A stretch of DNA of 58,727 nucleotides from Alphaproteobacteria bacterium (GCA_016869935.1 VGCX01000001.1:1-58727), one strand, 5' to 3'. Counted from the first letter of the stretch, positions 17,841 to 26,804 are shown. Numbers and translations are program-made. The notes: generated by a model not told the origin, from the letters alone.

Positions 17841-18974
17841 ATGACAAATTTAAAGATTCCCTTTATTGATCTTCAAACCCAACAGACTTTTATTAAACAA
17901 AAGCTTGATGCGCGCTGGCAAGATATTCTTTCTCATGGCCAATATATCATGGGCCCAGAAGTATTTGAGTTGGAAGAACAACTCAAAGCTTTTACTGGTG
18001 TTCATGAAGTTATTTCTTGTGCCAACGGGACAGATGCCCTTTATATGGGGCTTATGGCCTATAATATTGGTGTTGGAGATGCCGTCTTTGTCCCAAGTTT
18101 TACATTTGCTGCAACAGCAGAAGTAGTAGCCCTTATTGGGGCAACGCCTATTTTTGTGGATGTACAGGAAGACACCTTTAATATGGATCCAAAAAGTTTG
18201 GAAGCAGCAATTCTTGCAATTAAGAAAGAGGGCTCTCTTAAACCAAAAGCGATTATCCCTGTTGATCTTTTTGGACAACCTGCCGATCACCAACAAATAT
18301 TTGATCTTGCCGTACAGCACGATCTTAAAATGATTGTGGATGCGGCACAAAGTGCTGGCGCCTTATATAAAGGTAAATCAACACTTAGTTACGGACATAT
18401 GGCAACGACCAGCTTCTTCCCTGCAAAGCCTTTGGGATGCTATGGGGATGGAGGAGCGATTTTTACAAACGATTCTGATACAGCCGCCATTTTACGATCG
18501 ATTCGTATCCATGGTCAAGGCGCCACACGGTATCAAAATGTGCGTTTGGGCTTAACGGGGCGTTTGGACACATTGCAAGGGGCTATTCTTTTAGAAAAGC
18601 TTGCGATCTTTCCAGAAGAAATTAAAAAACGCCAACATGTAGCAGACATTTATAATGAACAACTTTCAGATAGTGTTAAAACCCCTGTACTAAAAAACGA
18701 TCGAACGTCTGTTTGGGCACAATATACTATTCAAGTAAATAATCGAGATCAGCTTCAAAAAGCACTCTCAGAGCACAGCATTCCCACCATGATTTACTAT
18801 CCAGAACCCCTGCACACTCAAAAACCTTACCGAGACTTTCCAAAATCTCCCACAGGACTAGATGTCACTGAAAAACTAGCCAAGACAGTCCTAAGCCTTC
18901 CCATGCATGCATATGTTACAGCAGACCATCAAAGGATTATTGTGGAGGGAATACGAAAAGAAACCCTTAGATAA
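17841..18974 (+). CDS. DegT/DnrJ/EryC1/StrS-family PLP-dependent sugar aminotransferase
   Basis: 377 aa with typical family motifs ([31 protein letters not shown]). Confidence 0.88.
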   Translation: MTNLKIPFIDLQTQQTFIKQKLDARWQDILSHGQYIMGPEVFELEEQLKAFTGVHEVISCANGTDALYMGLMAYNIGVGDAVFVPSFTFAATAEVVALIGATPIFVDVQEDTFNMDPKSLEAAILAIKKEGSLKPKAIIPVDLFGQPADHQQIFDLAVQHDLKMIVDAAQSAGALYKGKSTLSYGHMATTSFFPAKPLGCYGDGGAIFTNDSDTAAILRSIRIHGQGATRYQNVRLGLTGRLDTLQGAILLEKLAIFPEEIKKRQHVADIYNEQLSDSVKTPVLKNDRTSVWAQYTIQVNNRDQLQKALSEHSIPTMIYYPEPLHTQKPYRDFPKSPTGLDVTEKLAKTVLSLPMHAYVTADHQRIIVEGIRKETLR

Positions 18975-19211
18975 AAAGTGGCTAACCTTTGTATATATAT
19001 CTAAAGTTATCGCCAAGCATCATCGTGGCTATATGTCTTTATTCCTTCTTTATCAAGAGACATGGCAAGAACTGACAAAGCTATATGTTCTTGAAGTTCT
19101 AACGCTTCAAATATCGCATTGATTCTAGGATTTTCTGTAGCCATTTTATTCACCATAATAATAGAGAAACTGTAAGACTTTACATCTATTGATCAAGATA
19201 ATTCGAGAGTT

Positions 19212-20240
19212 TTAATAGCAGAAACAGAACGCCCATTGACCCGCTTTGATCGACTGCTGCGCAGCATTGATAATAGAGAGAATTTGAATAGCCTCTTGCG
19301 CGGGGGTACGGGGCGCTTTGCCGTGTTGAATACAGTCGATGAAATGGGTCATTTCCGCGTCTAAAGGATTTTGTGCTTCATACAGTTCAGGGACACCTAC
19401 ACGATCCTGATGAATGGAAAAATGATCAGGACTTTCCTGGATGACATGGCTATTAAAAAAAGTCAGTTTCCGATCTTGAGGCAATGTATCATCCAATACA
19501 GCCATTCCTTTTGTCCCAACCACTGTCACCTTCTGTTCTTTAAAAGGGCTGAGGCGTGACAAGCTAATAAAAGCCTGCTGGGAACTATTTTCAAACTTAA
19601 GACTAAGGAGTGCTTCATCGGCAAGACGAGGAACCGCATAGTTTGCCCCTGTTGCTAAAACCGATTCGACCGGATGGGGGATTAAAGCTAAAATCATAGA
19701 TAAATCATGGGGTGCCAAGTCCCAAATCACATCGTCATGCGGATAGATTTTTCCCAAATTCTTTCGGCTTGTGTTGATATGAAGAATGGATCCTAGTTTC
19801 CCCCCCTTAACCCATTCCTCAAGAATTTGAAAGGCTTTATGGTAACGAAGAAGGTGCCCCACCATTAAAATCAAACCCTTTTCTTTTGCTAGAGTCTCTA
19901 AAGCTTTCCCTTCTGCAATAGACAAAACCAAAGGTTTTTCTACAAAGACATTTTTTCCAGCCTCCAAGGCTTCTTTCGCAATATCAAAATGGGTGTGGGG
20001 AGGGGTTGCAATACACACACCCTGAATCTTTTCGTCGTTCAATATTTGATCAAGGGGAACAAGGTCTACGTTTGTGTCTTTCGAACACTGAATGGCTTTA
20101 CTAGAGGAGAGATTTTGATCACCAAGGGCATAAAGGCTGCCAAGACGATGAAGGGTAAGGGCAATATTCCTACCCCAATCACCACATCCAATAACTGCAA
20201 TACGGACAAATTGATCTTTTATTTTAGTGCTCATGGACAT
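19212..20240 (-). CDS. Gfo/Idh/MocA-family NAD(P)-dependent oxidoreductase
   Basis: Rossmann motif RIAVIGCGDWG and EKPL. I prefer the start at MSMSTK (20240) over 20285. Confidence 0.8.
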   Translation of the reverse strand: MSMSTKIKDQFVRIAVIGCGDWGRNIALTLHRLGSLYALGDQNLSSSKAIQCSKDTNVDLVPLDQILNDEKIQGVCIATPPHTHFDIAKEALEAGKNVFVEKPLVLSIAEGKALETLAKEKGLILMVGHLLRYHKAFQILEEWVKGGKLGSILHINTSRKNLGKIYPHDDVIWDLAPHDLSMILALIPHPVESVLATGANYAVPRLADEALLSLKFENSSQQAFISLSRLSPFKEQKVTVVGTKGMAVLDDTLPQDRKLTFFNSHVIQESPDHFSIHQDRVGVPELYEAQNPLDAEMTHFIDCIQHGKAPRTPAQEAIQILSIINAAQQSIKAGQWAFCFCY

Positions 20241-20335
20241 AAAAGTGACCGGTTTTTCGATAAAAATCAAGGGGACTTCTTGCATACAAACATAAAATGC
20301 AACAGGATGTAAGAAAGAAAAAAAAGAGTGTTTAA

Positions 20336-21055
20336 ATGACCCAACGTCCTATTATAGGGATTGTCATGAATTACGATGACAACGGTACCTATTTTTCAAA
20401 GATGCCATGGTATGCCCTTAGGTGTAATTATTTCGAATCTATCGAACGTGCAGGCGGCATCCCTATTGCCTTGCCCTTTCAAGTGAATGCTGTGCCTGAT
20501 TATATAGGCCTCCTGGATGGCCTCGTGATTTCAGGGGGGCAAGATTATCCCCCAGAGTTTTACGGAGAGGAAGCCCTTCCTAATGTAATCAATTTGATTA
20601 AAGGGGGACGCGCAGAGTTTGATTTTAAAATTTTGGATGCCGCTCTCAAGAAAAATATTCCCGTTTTAGGGATCTGTGCGGGAGAACAAGCCATTAATAT
20701 TTATTTTGGCGGAACTTTGCTTCAAGACATTCAAACCCATGATCCAAAAGCTATGAATCACCTAAAGCCTCGACCAACAACAGAGTCAAGTCACGCGATT
20801 AGTGTAACAGAGGGAACGCTTTTGCATCGCATTACAGGAAAAACTCTGTATGAGGTAAATTCATCCCATCATCAATCTGTTCATAAGGTTGGACGCGGCC
20901 TTGTGGTGAATGCCGTTGCACCCGATGGGGTTATTGAGGGGGTAGAACACCCAGGGTACAAGTTTTGCTTAGGAGTTGAATGGCATCCGGAATTTGAGAT
21001 ATGTCCTGAAGATACGAAGATCTTTAACGCTTTTGTAAAAGCAGCAGGCTCTTAA
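20336..21055 (+). CDS. Class I glutamine amidotransferase / peptidase C26 (gamma-glutamyl-GABA hydrolase family)
   Basis: GICAGEQ nucleophile elbow, HHQ and VEWHPE motifs. Confidence 0.8.
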   Translation: MTQRPIIGIVMNYDDNGTYFSKMPWYALRCNYFESIERAGGIPIALPFQVNAVPDYIGLLDGLVISGGQDYPPEFYGEEALPNVINLIKGGRAEFDFKILDAALKKNIPVLGICAGEQAINIYFGGTLLQDIQTHDPKAMNHLKPRPTTESSHAISVTEGTLLHRITGKTLYEVNSSHHQSVHKVGRGLVVNAVAPDGVIEGVEHPGYKFCLGVEWHPEFEICPEDTKIFNAFVKAAGS

Positions 21056-21784
21056 ATGACAGCGCAACGTATTGCAAAATTTTTAGCGCATGCAGGTGTA
21101 TGCTCTAGACGCGCTGCGGAAAAACTAGTCCTAGAAGGCAAAGTTACTGTCAATGGCCACAGCATCGAATCTCCGGCGTTTAACGTAACAGAAAAAGATT
21201 TGATTGAAATATCAGGCAAAAAAATTAAACCAAAAGAAAGAACGCGTCTTTGGCGGTATCATAAGCCGGTAGGGCTTATCTGCAGTCGAGCTGACCCGCA
21301 GGGACGTCCTACGATTTTTGATGCCCTTGAGTCGAAACGCCTGCCCTACATTGTATCGATTGGAAGATTGGATTTAAACTCTGAGGGGCTTCTTTTGCTA
21401 ACAAACGATGGAGATTTTTCTCGCTTTCTAGAGCTTCCAGCGAGCAATCAGGAACGCACCTATCGTGTACGCGTTCACGGCCTCGTTAAAGAAGAAGACT
21501 TAAGGAGGCTTGAAAAAGGAATGACTGTTGAAGGGGTGCGCTACCAGGGAGTCATGACAAAAATTGAACGCCATCAATCGAGCAATACCTGGCTTCAAAT
21601 GACATTGATAGAGGGAAAAAATCGAGAAATTCGACGCCTGATGGAACATTTAGGATACAAAGTAAATCGACTGATTCGCATTGGATACGGTCCCTTTCAG
21701 TTAGGAAGTCTAGAAAGAGGAGAAATCGAAGAAGTTCCATCGAAGTACATAAAAGACATTTATCCCGCAGATCAAGATTCATAA
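21056..21784 (+). CDS. Pseudouridine synthase, RsuA/RluB family (S4 domain)
   Basis: S4 N-terminus (RIAKFLAHAGVCSRRAAE), GRLDLNSEGLLLLTNDG and GKNREIRR motifs. Confidence 0.85.
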   Translation: MTAQRIAKFLAHAGVCSRRAAEKLVLEGKVTVNGHSIESPAFNVTEKDLIEISGKKIKPKERTRLWRYHKPVGLICSRADPQGRPTIFDALESKRLPYIVSIGRLDLNSEGLLLLTNDGDFSRFLELPASNQERTYRVRVHGLVKEEDLRRLEKGMTVEGVRYQGVMTKIERHQSSNTWLQMTLIEGKNREIRRLMEHLGYKVNRLIRIGYGPFQLGSLERGEIEEVPSKYIKDIYPADQDS

Positions 21785-21890
21785 GAAACATTTTTGGAAA
21801 TTTAAATTTTCTTGACGTCTGCTTCTTGACACGTATGTGTCGTATGATAAAATGAAGTTATAAAAATAAATAATATGGGAGACAAAGGTT

Positions 21891-22457
21891 ATGAGTAATT
21901 CATCCAAAAAATTTCTAATCGGCGCTATCGCAGCAGCAGCTATTGGTGGCTACATTGTACATAAAAAATCACATAAAGAGGAAGAGCATCAAGCTCCTGT
22001 TGCTGAAACACAAACTTCAGAAACTTGCCCAGCGCATGTAATGATGACAGCACATGAAGAAATGAAGCTTGAAGCTGAGAAAAAAGCAGCAGAACATCAT
22101 GGCGTCGAGCATGCAGCACCTGCTCATCACGAAACTCCTGCTCATCATGTAGCACCTGCTCATCATGCAGCACCTGCTCATCACGAAACTCCTGCTCATC
22201 ATGCAGCCCCTGTTCATCATGCAGCCCCTGTTCATCATGCAGCTCCTGTTCATCATGCAACGCATGTTATGAAAACAGCGCATGAAGAAATGAAAAAAGA
22301 GGCAAAAGCGCCAGCACATGCTAAAGCGCCAGCACACCCAGTTGCGCATCATAAAGCGCCAGCACATGCTAAAGCACCTGTGCATCACAAAGCGCCAGCA
22401 CATGCTAAAGCACCAGCTAAGCAAGCTGAAACAGCTGGAACAGCTGAAAAGAAATAG
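21891..22457 (+). CDS. Membrane-anchored histidine-rich repeat protein
   Basis: N-terminal TM (FLIGAIAAAAIGGYIV), then eight xxP(A/V)HH hexapeptide repeats and KAPAHA-type repeats. The motif V M x TAHEEMK x EA occurs twice. Confidence 0.7.
   Translation: MSNSSKKFLIGAIAAAAIGGYIVHKKSHKEEEHQAPVAETQTSETCPAHVMMTAHEEMKLEAEKKAAEHHGVEHAAPAHHETPAHHVAPAHHAAPAHHETPAHHAAPVHHAAPVHHAAPVHHATHVMKTAHEEMKKEAKAPAHAKAPAHPVAHHKAPAHAKAPVHHKAPAHAKAPAKQAETAGTAEKK
22113..22256 (+). repeat. 8 x 18-bp in-frame tandem repeat (encodes xxP(A/V)HH units)
   Basis: Counted directly: the units start at 22113, 22131, 22149, 22167, 22185, 22203, 22221 and 22239. Confidence 0.9.
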
Positions 22458-22486
22458 TTTTTTTCGTTTAGTATCTCTCGTTTCAA

Positions 22487-22522
22487 ATCTCTCGCCCTTC
22501 ATCAGGCGGGAGATTTTATTTT
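22487..22522 (+). terminator. Rho-independent terminator after the His-rich gene
   Basis: The 10-bp stem atctctcgcc / ggcgggagat (one G-U pair) has an 8-nt loop and is followed by tttatttt. Confidence 0.55.
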
Positions 22523-22571
22523 GACAAGATTCCCCCTTCTCCTTCACAATAAAAATAAGAGGATAACCAGT

Positions 22572-23270
22572 ATGAAAAAATCAATTCTTTTCACCTTTTT
22601 ATGGGTCATTTTTTGTATAAGCCCCCTCAACAATTCAGAAGTTGTTTGGGCTAAAGGCAAGTCAGGCGGCAAATCTAATCCTGCAGATCAAGGTAGCGGC
22701 AATGATGGATCTGGAGGTGGAGGTGATGTGGCGGATGGTTCTCAAGACGGTTCTCAAGACCCTGGTGATAACGGCGGAGATAGCGGCGGCGTAGACGGCG
22801 CTGATGGTAATAGCGGAAACGATGGGAATGATAATGGGGGCGATACTTCTTCTGACGGGTCCTCTGATGCCTCTGGAGGGAATTCTGCCACACCCCCCAA
22901 ATGGGATGATAGTGCAATGTCATCGAGCAAACTGGCCCCACCCCCACCGCAAGAAGCTGTTGAATGCTTTGGCATTATGGGCGCAGGACAAAATGACAAC
23001 GTTTTTGTTGATGTGGATGGGCGTCAATATGGATACGGCGAAGCGCCAGCATGTCATCCTTTAGCCTCTATTAAACTTCCCAAAGACAGTCTCTATATGT
23101 GTGAAAATATTACAGTGGGTCGAACAGAAAAGGGGGAGCTTATTCGAGGATCGTTAAAACCCGATCCCGATCGCCGGTCCCCAATAGTTTGTTATCCTTA
23201 TGATTTTATTAAGCAAAAAATCACCTATATGAATCCCGATTATGCAGTCCCCCTCCGTGGTTTCAATTAG
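22572..23270 (+). CDS. Secreted DUF2282-like (bufferin BufA-like) protein with a long G/D/S-rich spacer
   Basis: AAGAGGA RBS before ATG 22572 and signal peptide MKKSILFTFLWVIFCISPLNNSEVVWA. ECFGIMGAGQNDN resembles the DUF2282 core C(Y/F)G(I/V)xxAGxNDC. There are four Cys in the C-terminal domain. The 3' end overlaps the DUF692 gene. Confidence 0.55.
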   Translation: MKKSILFTFLWVIFCISPLNNSEVVWAKGKSGGKSNPADQGSGNDGSGGGGDVADGSQDGSQDPGDNGGDSGGVDGADGNSGNDGNDNGGDTSSDGSSDASGGNSATPPKWDDSAMSSSKLAPPPPQEAVECFGIMGAGQNDNVFVDVDGRQYGYGEAPACHPLASIKLPKDSLYMCENITVGRTEKGELIRGSLKPDPDRRSPIVCYPYDFIKQKITYMNPDYAVPLRGFN

Positions 23271-24078
23271 TGCCGGTATTGGGTTGCGTCCCAATCATCT
23301 GGAAGAATTTATAAAAACACAGCCGCCCATTTCTTGGATCGAAGTCATTCTTGAAAACCATCGCTCAGGGGTCCGCCGCCAAGCACTGGAGAAGCTTCGA
23401 TCCACCTATCCCTTAAGTGTTCATAGCATTGGATTATCCCTTGGAAAGGCAGGTCCCCTTTCCAAAGATCACCTACGTCTTCTAAAAGAATTTTGTGATA
23501 TTTTTGATCCTTTTCTTGTTTCTGATCATGTAGCATGGACAGGAACGGATGATATTTTTTTGAACGACCTTCTGCCCCTTCCCTATACAGATGAATCTTT
23601 AAAAATTATTGTAGACCATATCCAAGAGGTCCAGGATTTCTTAGGACGTCAGATTTTAATTGAAAATTCTTCTAGTTATTTGACCTTTAACACATCAACA
23701 ATCGACGAAGCGGATTTTATGATTGCACTGGCACAACAAAGTGGATGTCTGATTTTGCTGGATGTTAATAATGTTTATGTCAGTAGCCATAATCATGGAT
23801 GGGATGCCATGCGCTATATCAGCAAAATCCCCGGATCTTTAGTTGGCGAAATTCATTTAGCCGGCCACCAAAAAGTCCAAGTGCCCAATCATCAAACGAT
23901 GCTTATCGATCATCATGGGGACTTTGTTGCAGAAGATGTGTGGAGTCTTTACGAAAAAACCCTGACCCTTTTAGGGCCCAAACCGACCCTCATTGAATGG
24001 GATACGAACATCCCCTCCCTTGATACAATTTTAAAGGAATCTTCTAAAGCTCAGGCGTATCTGAAGCGACTTCAATGA
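23242..24078 (+). CDS. DUF692-family multinuclear non-heme iron oxidase (MNIO; MbnB/BufB-like)
   Basis: GIGLRPNH, WIEVILEN, VHSIGLSLG, VSDHVAW, NDLLPLPYT, LIENSSSY, LLDVNNVYVSSHNHG and EIHLAGH follow the DUF692 consensus along the whole length. Confidence 0.82.
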   Translation: MQSPSVVSISAGIGLRPNHLEEFIKTQPPISWIEVILENHRSGVRRQALEKLRSTYPLSVHSIGLSLGKAGPLSKDHLRLLKEFCDIFDPFLVSDHVAWTGTDDIFLNDLLPLPYTDESLKIIVDHIQEVQDFLGRQILIENSSSYLTFNTSTIDEADFMIALAQQSGCLILLDVNNVYVSSHNHGWDAMRYISKIPGSLVGEIHLAGHQKVQVPNHQTMLIDHHGDFVAEDVWSLYEKTLTLLGPKPTLIEWDTNIPSLDTILKESSKAQAYLKRLQ

Positions 24079-24454
24079 TAGACGCGCTATCGGATGCTTC
24101 GTCTTTTTCACGTCCTTGCATAAGCTTTCGGTCAATTTCAAAAAGCACGTCCATAATATCACGAAGAGGCACGAGCACCTCGTGCACAAGATTCAAGATA
24201 TCCCAAAGATGTCGATACATCGCCTGTTGAAGAGGCGATATAACCATTCCCTTGCGCTGACGCTCCCACAAAACAGCTGCTTTGGTAAGGCCGTAAAAAA
24301 TTTCAAGTTCTTCAATTTCTTCTTCATCGAAGGGCTGGTCATCTTTTATAACCGATTTTGCAATCGCTTCTGTTTTCTTTTTTAAAATCAAACAATCTTT
24401 CAAAAGAGAATATTCGTTTTCTAAATCTTTATGCAGGGGTGATTTTTTAGTCAT
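24044..24454 (-). CDS. Hypothetical protein (136 aa, helical, acidic C-terminus)
   Basis: ORF only. It is convergent with the DUF692 gene and overlaps its 3' end. Confidence 0.4.
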   Translation of the reverse strand: MTKKSPLHKDLENEYSLLKDCLILKKKTEAIAKSVIKDDQPFDEEEIEELEIFYGLTKAAVLWERQRKGMVISPLQQAMYRHLWDILNLVHEVLVPLRDIMDVLFEIDRKLMQGREKDEASDSASIIEVASDTPEL

Positions 24455-24484
24455 TTCATGCCTCTTATTTTTTCGTTAAGTCCT

Positions 24485-24775
24485 TTAAAAATATGGATAT
24501 TTTTTTAATTCGTTGATAAATTTCGATAATAATACCGTGAAAAACCCTAGGGTTTCTGAGGGATTTTGACCTTTTGTTTGTCCTAATATTTTTTTCATTT
24601 TGCCCTCTTGATTTTTACCAAAGTCCCATGGTATTCTTAAGTCAAGTAAGGACTTTGTTCTATTGAGATTTGGGAGACAAGGTGTCAAGTAAAACTTGGC
24701 AAGGTCGATGTAAGTTAAGGCTTGTATCGGCCTTTTTGCTTTTATGTTGAGGTAAAGTTGTTTTTTATTGTTCAT
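24485..24775 (-). CDS. Hypothetical protein (96 aa)
   Basis: AAGGAG RBS 8 nt before ATG 24775 (MNNKKQLYL...). It has its own TTGACA-N16-TATAGT promoter and is divergent from the LysR gene. Confidence 0.5.
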   Translation of the reverse strand: MNNKKQLYLNIKAKRPIQALTYIDLAKFYLTPCLPNLNRTKSLLDLRIPWDFGKNQEGKMKKILGQTKGQNPSETLGFFTVLLSKFINELKKYPYF

Positions 24776-24821
24776 CCCAAACACTCCTTCCATTATTATT
24801 CCATAGTACCAACTTGCATGC

Positions 24822-24849
24822 ACTATAGTGCTGTTAAAAAAATTGTCAA
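24822..24849 (-). promoter_or_regulatory. Sigma70-like promoter TTGACA-N16-TATAGT for the 24485-24775 gene
   Basis: On the minus strand TTGACA is at 24849-24844 and TATAGT at 24827-24822. The same architecture recurs in the three downstream repeat modules. Confidence 0.55.
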
Positions 24850-24884
24850 TAGGTTTTTATTTTTATTTTTGGTTTATAAGAAAA

Positions 24885-25841
24885 ATGATAGAAAAAATTA
24901 ACTTTCAGGAATTAAACAACATTTACGTTCTAAGCAAATGCTTGCATATGCAATCAGCAGCTAATGCCCTAAAAATGCCAAAGTCAACGCTTCAGAATCA
25001 TTTGGAAGCTGTTGAGAAACGTCTGGGTGCAAGAATTTTTGAGCGCAGCCAAAAGTCTGGAGAAATGCTTCTCACCGCCTTTGGAAAGAATATTATTCCT
25101 AAAATTCAAGATATTCTGTGGCTTGCTGGCTCTCTATCTGCAACGGACGGCTTTTCAAAAGAAAAGAATAACTCTGGGGAGGTTTCTATTATGTCTACCC
25201 AAACAATCCTTGAAAACTACATTTGCCCAAATGTTAGAGAGCTTCTTGTTGAAAACCCTGAAATTAAGCTTTCTTTGAAGCAAAAAGACGAAAATTATTA
25301 TAGCCAACCCAATGTTAATGAAATATTTATTGGATGCTGGGAAGACAATACTGAAAATTACGAGTATTTTTTCTTTCATACATACACTCAAACCCTATGG
25401 GCTTCAGAACAGTACTTAGCATCTAATCCTCCCATTAATGAAATAAATGATCTGAAAGGCCATACTGTGATTTGCTTAAGAAGCATCAATGAGCATGAGT
25501 ATATAGCAACACAAGATTCGTTTTTCAAAAAATTAGCCCATATTAAAAATGAGATCAAAGTTCTTAGTGTGGCAGGTCCACGTGCAACAGACGTGTTGGC
25601 TGAAAACGGTGCAGGACTTATTTTGTGCGCTTCCGAATCTGTACGCCTTTGTGGACTAAAGTTAGAACCAGTTCTGCCTAGCGTAGTTGGGGAAACTGTT
25701 AATATTTACGTAAAAGTGCACAAGCAGTTTTTGAAATGGCCCCTTGCAAAGTTTATGGTTGACTGGATTTTTATGTGTAGAGACAAATCTCTCTCCTCTA
25801 TCGGAGTTCTTCCTGCAGAGCATAAGCCTTTACAACTCTGA
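24885..25841 (+). CDS. LysR-family transcriptional regulator
   Basis: N-terminal wHTH (LHMQSAANALKMPKSTLQNHLEAVEKRLGARIFERS) and a substrate-binding C-terminal domain. I prefer the start at MIEKINF (24885). Confidence 0.85.
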   Translation: MIEKINFQELNNIYVLSKCLHMQSAANALKMPKSTLQNHLEAVEKRLGARIFERSQKSGEMLLTAFGKNIIPKIQDILWLAGSLSATDGFSKEKNNSGEVSIMSTQTILENYICPNVRELLVENPEIKLSLKQKDENYYSQPNVNEIFIGCWEDNTENYEYFFFHTYTQTLWASEQYLASNPPINEINDLKGHTVICLRSINEHEYIATQDSFFKKLAHIKNEIKVLSVAGPRATDVLAENGAGLILCASESVRLCGLKLEPVLPSVVGETVNIYVKVHKQFLKWPLAKFMVDWIFMCRDKSLSSIGVLPAEHKPLQL

Positions 25842-25906
25842 GATGGAACTCCTTCTTTGAACAAAATGCCAAATGCTAGAGGAATCATTGCTTTTAAGCT
25901 TTTGTG

Positions 25907-25975
25907 TTAAGGCATTGTTGCGCAAGATAAGACATTTACACTTAATATTAAAAACGACACTCTATAAATCCACAT
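25907..25975 (-). CDS. Small hydrophobic peptide, copy 1 (22 aa: MWIYRVSFLILSVNVLSCATMP)
   Basis: Hand translation with GGAGA RBS 6 nt before the ATG and a promoter at 26023-26050. It is conserved in three paralogous copies with mostly synonymous or conservative changes. Confidence 0.55.
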   Translation of the reverse strand: MWIYRVSFLILSVNVLSCATMP

Positions 25976-26022
25976 TATAATCTCCAATGCTCTTACTATG
26001 TTAATATACCGCGGGTTTCTCT

Positions 26023-26050
26023 AATCTATTCTCTACCTTTAATTTGTCAA
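26023..26050 (-). promoter_or_regulatory. Sigma70-like promoter TTGACA-N16-TAGATT for peptide copy 1
   Basis: On the minus strand TTGACA is at 26050-26045 and TAGATT at 26028-26023. Confidence 0.55.
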
Positions 26051-26101
26051 CTTTTCATTGAAAAAATTTCGATAATGTATAATCAAAAAAAATACCTTGA
26101 T

Positions 26102-26119
26102 ATAACCATACATGGTTAT
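26102..26119. promoter_or_regulatory. Perfect palindrome ATAACCAT-AC-ATGGTTAT (candidate LysR-type operator)
   Basis: 8-2-8 inverted repeat downstream of a plus-strand TATAAT (gataatgtataat). An identical copy lies at 26929-26946. The middle module has a degenerate version. Confidence 0.45.
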
Positions 26120-26332
26120 GAAAAAAATCTAATTTTAATATAAAAGCTAATTAAAAAAAGACTCCGTAGAGGTTTTCGTAAAAGTTCATAGAGAATTCGC
26201 AGAACACGCCCTTGGAAAATTCATGATCAACTGGATTTTTCACTGCAGAGATCGTCTTTTTTTGGAGAATAAAATAACGCCCTCTTACGAATTTACTCCC
26301 CTCTAAAAACTATCTCTAGACTACTTAAAGCC

Positions 26333-26401
26333 TTAAGGAAACGTCGCATAAATCAGCACATTCACTGACAACACGAAAAACGACACTTTATAAATCCACA
26401 T
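26333..26401 (-). CDS. Small hydrophobic peptide, copy 2 (22 aa: MWIYKVSFFVLSVNVLIYATFP)
   Basis: Same architecture as copy 1: GGAGA-ctata-ATG, promoter at 26443-26470, same length and the same CCT TAA end. Confidence 0.55.
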   Translation of the reverse strand: MWIYKVSFFVLSVNVLIYATFP

Positions 26402-26442
26402 TATAGTCTCCAAATTTTAAATGAAATTTTAATCTAGGATTT

Positions 26443-26470
26443 AATGTATGCGCCGCCTTGAATTTGTCAA
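26443..26470 (-). promoter_or_regulatory. Sigma70-like promoter TTGACA-N16-TACATT for peptide copy 2
   Basis: On the minus strand TTGACA is at 26470-26465 and TACATT at 26448-26443. Confidence 0.55.
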
Positions 26471-26735
26471 CATATTCCTGGAAAAAATTCTAACTCTATT
26501 CTTCCATGTACTTCTTAAGAAATGATTTTGATGGTTTTTGAAAAAAATCTAATATTAATATAAAAGCTAATTAAAAAAAGACTCCCTAGAGATTTTCTTA
26601 AAGGTTCAGAGAGTATTTGCAGAAGATACCTTCGGAAAACTTATGCTCAACTGGATTTTTGCAACTAGAAACAAATTATGCACTTCGCTTGAGATCTTTT
26701 CGAAGATCAGAGGAATCATTTATTTGATAGATATC

Positions 26736-26804
26736 TTAAGGCATCGTTGCGCAAAAAAAGGCATTCAAAGTCAATACAAAGAACGATACTTTATAGGTCC
26801 ACAT
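26736..26804 (-). CDS. Small hydrophobic peptide, copy 3 (22 aa: MWTYKVSFFVLTLNAFFCATMP)
   Basis: Same architecture as copy 1: GGAGA-ttgta-ATG, promoter at 26850-26877, same length and the same CCT TAA end. Confidence 0.55.
   Translation of the reverse strand: MWTYKVSFFVLTLNAFFCATMP

Noticed and set aside
19007-19144. 45-codon minus-strand ORF (MATENPRINAIFEALELQEH...) between the DegT and Gfo/Idh/MocA genes
   Set aside because: It has only a weak GGTGA RBS, matches no family I recognise, and has no second copy to test conservation. That is not enough to call a gene.
21940-22547. Three overlapping ORFs (21940-22260 minus, 22017-22547 minus, 22318-22524 plus) across the His-rich gene
   Set aside because: They are artefacts of the in-frame 18-bp repeats, which lack stop codons in several frames. 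Only the plus-strand frame has an RBS-like context, a TM anchor and a terminator.
25706-25888. 60-aa minus-strand ORF antisense to the LysR 3' end
   Set aside because: It lies entirely antisense within or just after a well-supported gene. It has no RBS and is not conserved in the other two modules.
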